A stretch of DNA of 63,746 nt, counting the filler, from Salisapilia sapeloensis CBS 127946 (Eukaryota > Protista > Oomycota), in NCBI GenBank assembly GCA_023334545.1. It is 19 parts of 19 records of this genome, joined end to end, with 100 filler letters (N's around TTAATTAATTAA, not from the genome) between each part and the next. Parts side by side here need not be neighbours in the genome. Positions count along the whole stretch, not along the records: positions 59,658 to 62,172 come from JAADVB010000885.1; positions 62,273 to 63,746 come from JAADVB010001132.1; 17 more parts are not named here. The stretch is one strand, 5' to 3'. Each line of letters begins with the position of its first letter. The stretch's first letter is position 1. Below the pieces are notes generated by a model, which saw only the letters and a list, made by a program, of their open reading frames with translations, searched no databases and was not told the DNA's origin. The translations under genes and the position numbers were made by a program. Positions 60,450 to 63,746 of this stretch are shown in pieces.

Positions 60450-62172
60450 TACACAAGAAACTAAAGGAAAGTAAAGGTTGTAATCGCCTTAAGGCGGTTG
60501 ACGCTCTTCCGTCAAAGTCGTCCAGAGTGACCGTAAGGTCAAGAGTCGAGCTGCACGTCGTTCGCGTAATGCCGAACGATCACTGATAAGGTGAGCTCGA
60601 CAAATTTTAAAGTACTGAGCCAGCGAGAGTAGAGAATGCCCAACGCTTGCTGAATTGTCCAACGCTCAGGTTCACTGTATGGGGACATACACCAGTGCCA
60701 TATTGTTGTAAGAGTGGTAATCACATGTACCTTCCATAAATATTGCATTACTCCCTCCAGTTATTCGTGGACAGTAGGGCGAAGAGTTAAAGGAGTAGTG
60801 GGTTCAGCGAGGGGAATCACTTGAGATGGTAACGTATCAAGTTGCAGCGAGAATACTTGCGAACAGAGGCTGGCACCCGAGGAGGTGAAACCGATCTGAG
60901 TCCAGGTGTGCGTTAGCTGAGTCCAGGGGGGGGGAGATTGAAGGGCATGTCCAGAAAGCATGTTCGAGAGATTTAACATGCTTATCGATGCAACTATGAA
61001 GGGCAAAGCCCACTTTCTCCTTGAGCGGATCATATAACGGCAGACAATGAAGCTTGAGATGTAGCAGAAATGTCGATGGAAGTTCAAGCTGCCTGGTAGT
61101 TTACGTATGGATTACCATGACGTTGTTTTCCGTAGACTAGTGAGATAAGGTATGATCGCGTGCATTATTTCCGCGAACAGTACGTAATTTGCGACACCAT
61201 GCACGAAAAAGGTGACGCTTGAGAGGAGATCGGCAATAGCCACTCCAAATTTGATGGAGTCTGGAGAGTGAGGGATGAGAGCAAAAGTGAACCTCGTTCA
61301 ATTTTGACGGTCTTGATGAGTTAACGACATCATCAATATGTGTGATCGAGCTTAATGGTCCCAGAAGACGAGGAGGGTTTGAAAAACTTTCTTCACGTAG
61401 TGCGTACGTTGTCAAATGTGGGATCAGTGCCCATACTGTTTTAGGACGGGCACTTGCATGATACGGGATGACTGATGGAGATGGTAACGGTACCTCAAAG
61501 ATGACAGGATAGTTGGCAACAAGGATGCAGCATAGTCGGAGAAATTGTCAAGCCGCTTGTGGAGTACCGAAGGCGTAAGAAGTTACCAAAGTGAATTCCA
61601 TTACCCAATTTCCGAATCTTTTCCAAATGAGAACGTCACTCAGAAGAGATGATCTTCGTGTGATAGAGCAGAAATCATTCGTAGCGATCTCGCATCCGGA
61701 GTTTGTTAGGAAGAGCGAGAATCCATTCAGTGGACTTTGGTGGAGCCAGGAAGTATTGAGCGTTCCATGATGGTCTCGTTGTAGTTCATTGAGTCGGGTG
61801 AGCGGAGAAGCTACTCCTGCACAATCAAGTCGTATTCATCGATTGTCGATCGCGCTGGCTGGTACGGTTTGGAAGATCTGGCAATCAAGGTGACGGATTA
61901 GCTCCATTGGTAACAATAGGAGTGTTTACAAACTGTTTAAATGTACCTACCGCTTTTATAATGCTACAACCGAGAACGGCATGACATTGGAGAACGGAGG
62001 ATACTGAGCGATATTCATAGTAAGAGCTGATGTAGGATTGTCAGACGGCCGGGCTCTGTTCCTCAGCAAACAAACAGAAATGCGTTCGTCTATGGTCATG
62101 AGAATAGCCAAGTCACTGGACCAGGCGACCAATTAGAGAAGTTTGACGTGCTGGTGTATGGTTAAATGAAGC
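60450..62172 (-). mobile_element. Possible very decayed LINE 3' region
   Basis: Trp-rich, stop-riddled frames resembling L1 ORF2 C-termini; no clean motif. Confidence 0.25.
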
Positions 62173-62272
62173 NNNNNNNNNNNNNNNNNNNNNNNNNNNN
62201 NNNNNNNNNNNNNNNNTTAATTAATTAANNNNNNNNNNNNNNNNNNNNNNNNNNNNNNNNNNNNNNNNNNNN

Positions 62273-63746
62273 ACATTTGCTTACCCTTCTCGACCGGACG
62301 TCAAAGTATGCGAGAACTACTCGCTCTCAATCAAGGCCGGTGAAACCGTGGCACTTGTCGGACCAAGTGGAAGTGGTAAGAGTACGGTGGTGTCGCTCGT
62401 AGAACGATTCTACGATCCGTTAAGTGGATCGGTGCGACTGGATGGAGAAGACATTCGTCAGTTGAACGTCAAGTGGCTACGCAAGCAGGTGGGACTCGTC
62501 GGTCAGGAGCCATCGTTGTTTGCCACGACCATCATGGAGAACATCCGCTACGGTGCTCCCGAGGCGTCAGACGAAGACGTTCGAGAGGCAGCTAAGATGG
62601 CGAATGCCTACGACTTTATTATGACATTCCCACAGGCATTTGACACAGAAGTCGGTGAGCGAGGTGCACAGCTTTCAGGAGGTCAGAAGCAACGCATTGC
62701 CATCGCACGAGCTATCATCAAGAATCCACCGATCCTGTTGCTAGACGAAGCCACGAGTGCTCTGGATACGGAGAGCGAGCGCATTGTGCAAGAGTCACTA
62801 GATAAGCTTGTGAGAACCACGAAGCGCACCACAATCATTGTCGCTCACCGCCTATCAACCATTCGCGATGCCGACAAGATTGCTGTCCACAGCAAAGGGT
62901 CTATCATCGAGTTGGGCAGCCACGACGAGCTCATGAAGATTGAACATGGTCACTATCGACGTCTAGTAGAGTCGCACAACACTTCTGGTAGCGACGAGAT
63001 AGCCGACGAAGAGTTCGGTGAAGTCGAGCAGCTATCACTAAATCGACATCCGTCCTTCAAGCCCGAAAGAAGTGCATCTCGTATCTCGGACAGAGAAGAG
63101 AGTGGTCATCTTGAGCGCCATGAATCTAGTAAAGTGCAAGGCAAGATCAAGGAAGAAGAAGAGGATAAGCAACCAGGTGATGAGGATCTGGCTCCAGTTT
63201 CCAGCAGCCGCATTTGGAAGATGAGTACGCCTGAGTGGAAGTTCATGGTGATTGGCGTCATTGGCGCCATCGTGAACGCGTCCACGTACCCCGTCTGGGG
63301 TGTCCTGCTCGTCAAGGTCACCGTCCTCTTCTTTGCCTTTGGAAAGACTCGTGACGAGATGCTTGCCGATGCACAGCTATGGGCCATCGGTTTCGCATGT
63401 CTCGGAGTCGCCTTTGGAGTGTCTCTTGTTCTGCAGCAGTATGGCTTTGGAGTAGTCGCTCAAAGACTCACTCGTCGCGTACGATTGTCTACCTACAGTG
63501 CCATGCTCCACCAAGAAATTGGATGGTTCGATCTGGAGGAGAACTCGTCCGGAGCTCTTGTGTCAAGGCTCGCAGCAGACTCGGCCATCCTACAAGCCGT
63601 GACGGCCGACACGCTAAACATCGGATTGGTGAACCTCATGTCTATGGGCGTGGCCTTTGCCATCGCTTTCGTGTATAGCTGGCAGATGACGCTGATCTTG
63701 CTTGCCTGCACTCCTGCTTTGGTGTTCGGATCTTACATCCAGGCGC
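62273..63746 (+). CDS. ABCB1: ABCB (MDR/P-glycoprotein) full transporter, internal part: NBD1, linker, start of TMD2 (not in the ORF track)
   Basis: FAYPSRPD, GPSGSGKST, GLVGQEPSLF, LSGGQKQRIAIARA, LLLDEATSALD, VAHRLSTI, WFD.EENSSGALVSRLA; open from the gap to the window end. Confidence 0.95.

Overview
Eukaryotic, most likely oomycete (Pythium-like) draft genome. The evidence is short GT-AG introns, oomycete Inr+FPR core promoters and oomycete-typical gene families. The window is not continuous. It is 19 contigs or contig parts joined by 18 artificial 100-bp linkers (44 N + TTAATTAATTAA + 44 N), so adjacency across linkers is unproven. Recognisable genes: Sec1/Munc18, HDDC2, an LRR receptor-like TKL kinase, GH38 alpha-mannosidase, dynactin p62, a secreted subtilisin, a SHAQKY-class MYB, a USP9/24/34-like fragment, ankyrin proteins, a fungal-type phenolic acid decarboxylase, a secreted Gly-rich protein, mitochondrial EF-G2, PACRG-like, FBXO9-like and an ABCB transporter. 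There are also three N-termini and three C-termini of a probable START-like/FYVE family, tRNA-Ala abutting tRNA-His, several decayed LINEs of two distinct types, and a MITE family. Most interesting observations: (1) tRNA-Ala and tRNA-His separated by a single G at the His -1 position; (2) three contigs bounded by near-perfect inverted repeats, two made of outward-facing gene starts, which are candidate invertible segments; (3) L1-like elements sharing a catalytically dead RNase H-fold domain and an identical 17-nt 3' terminus; (4) a probable fungus-derived decarboxylase under an oomycete promoter. No CRISPR or prokaryotic system was seen.
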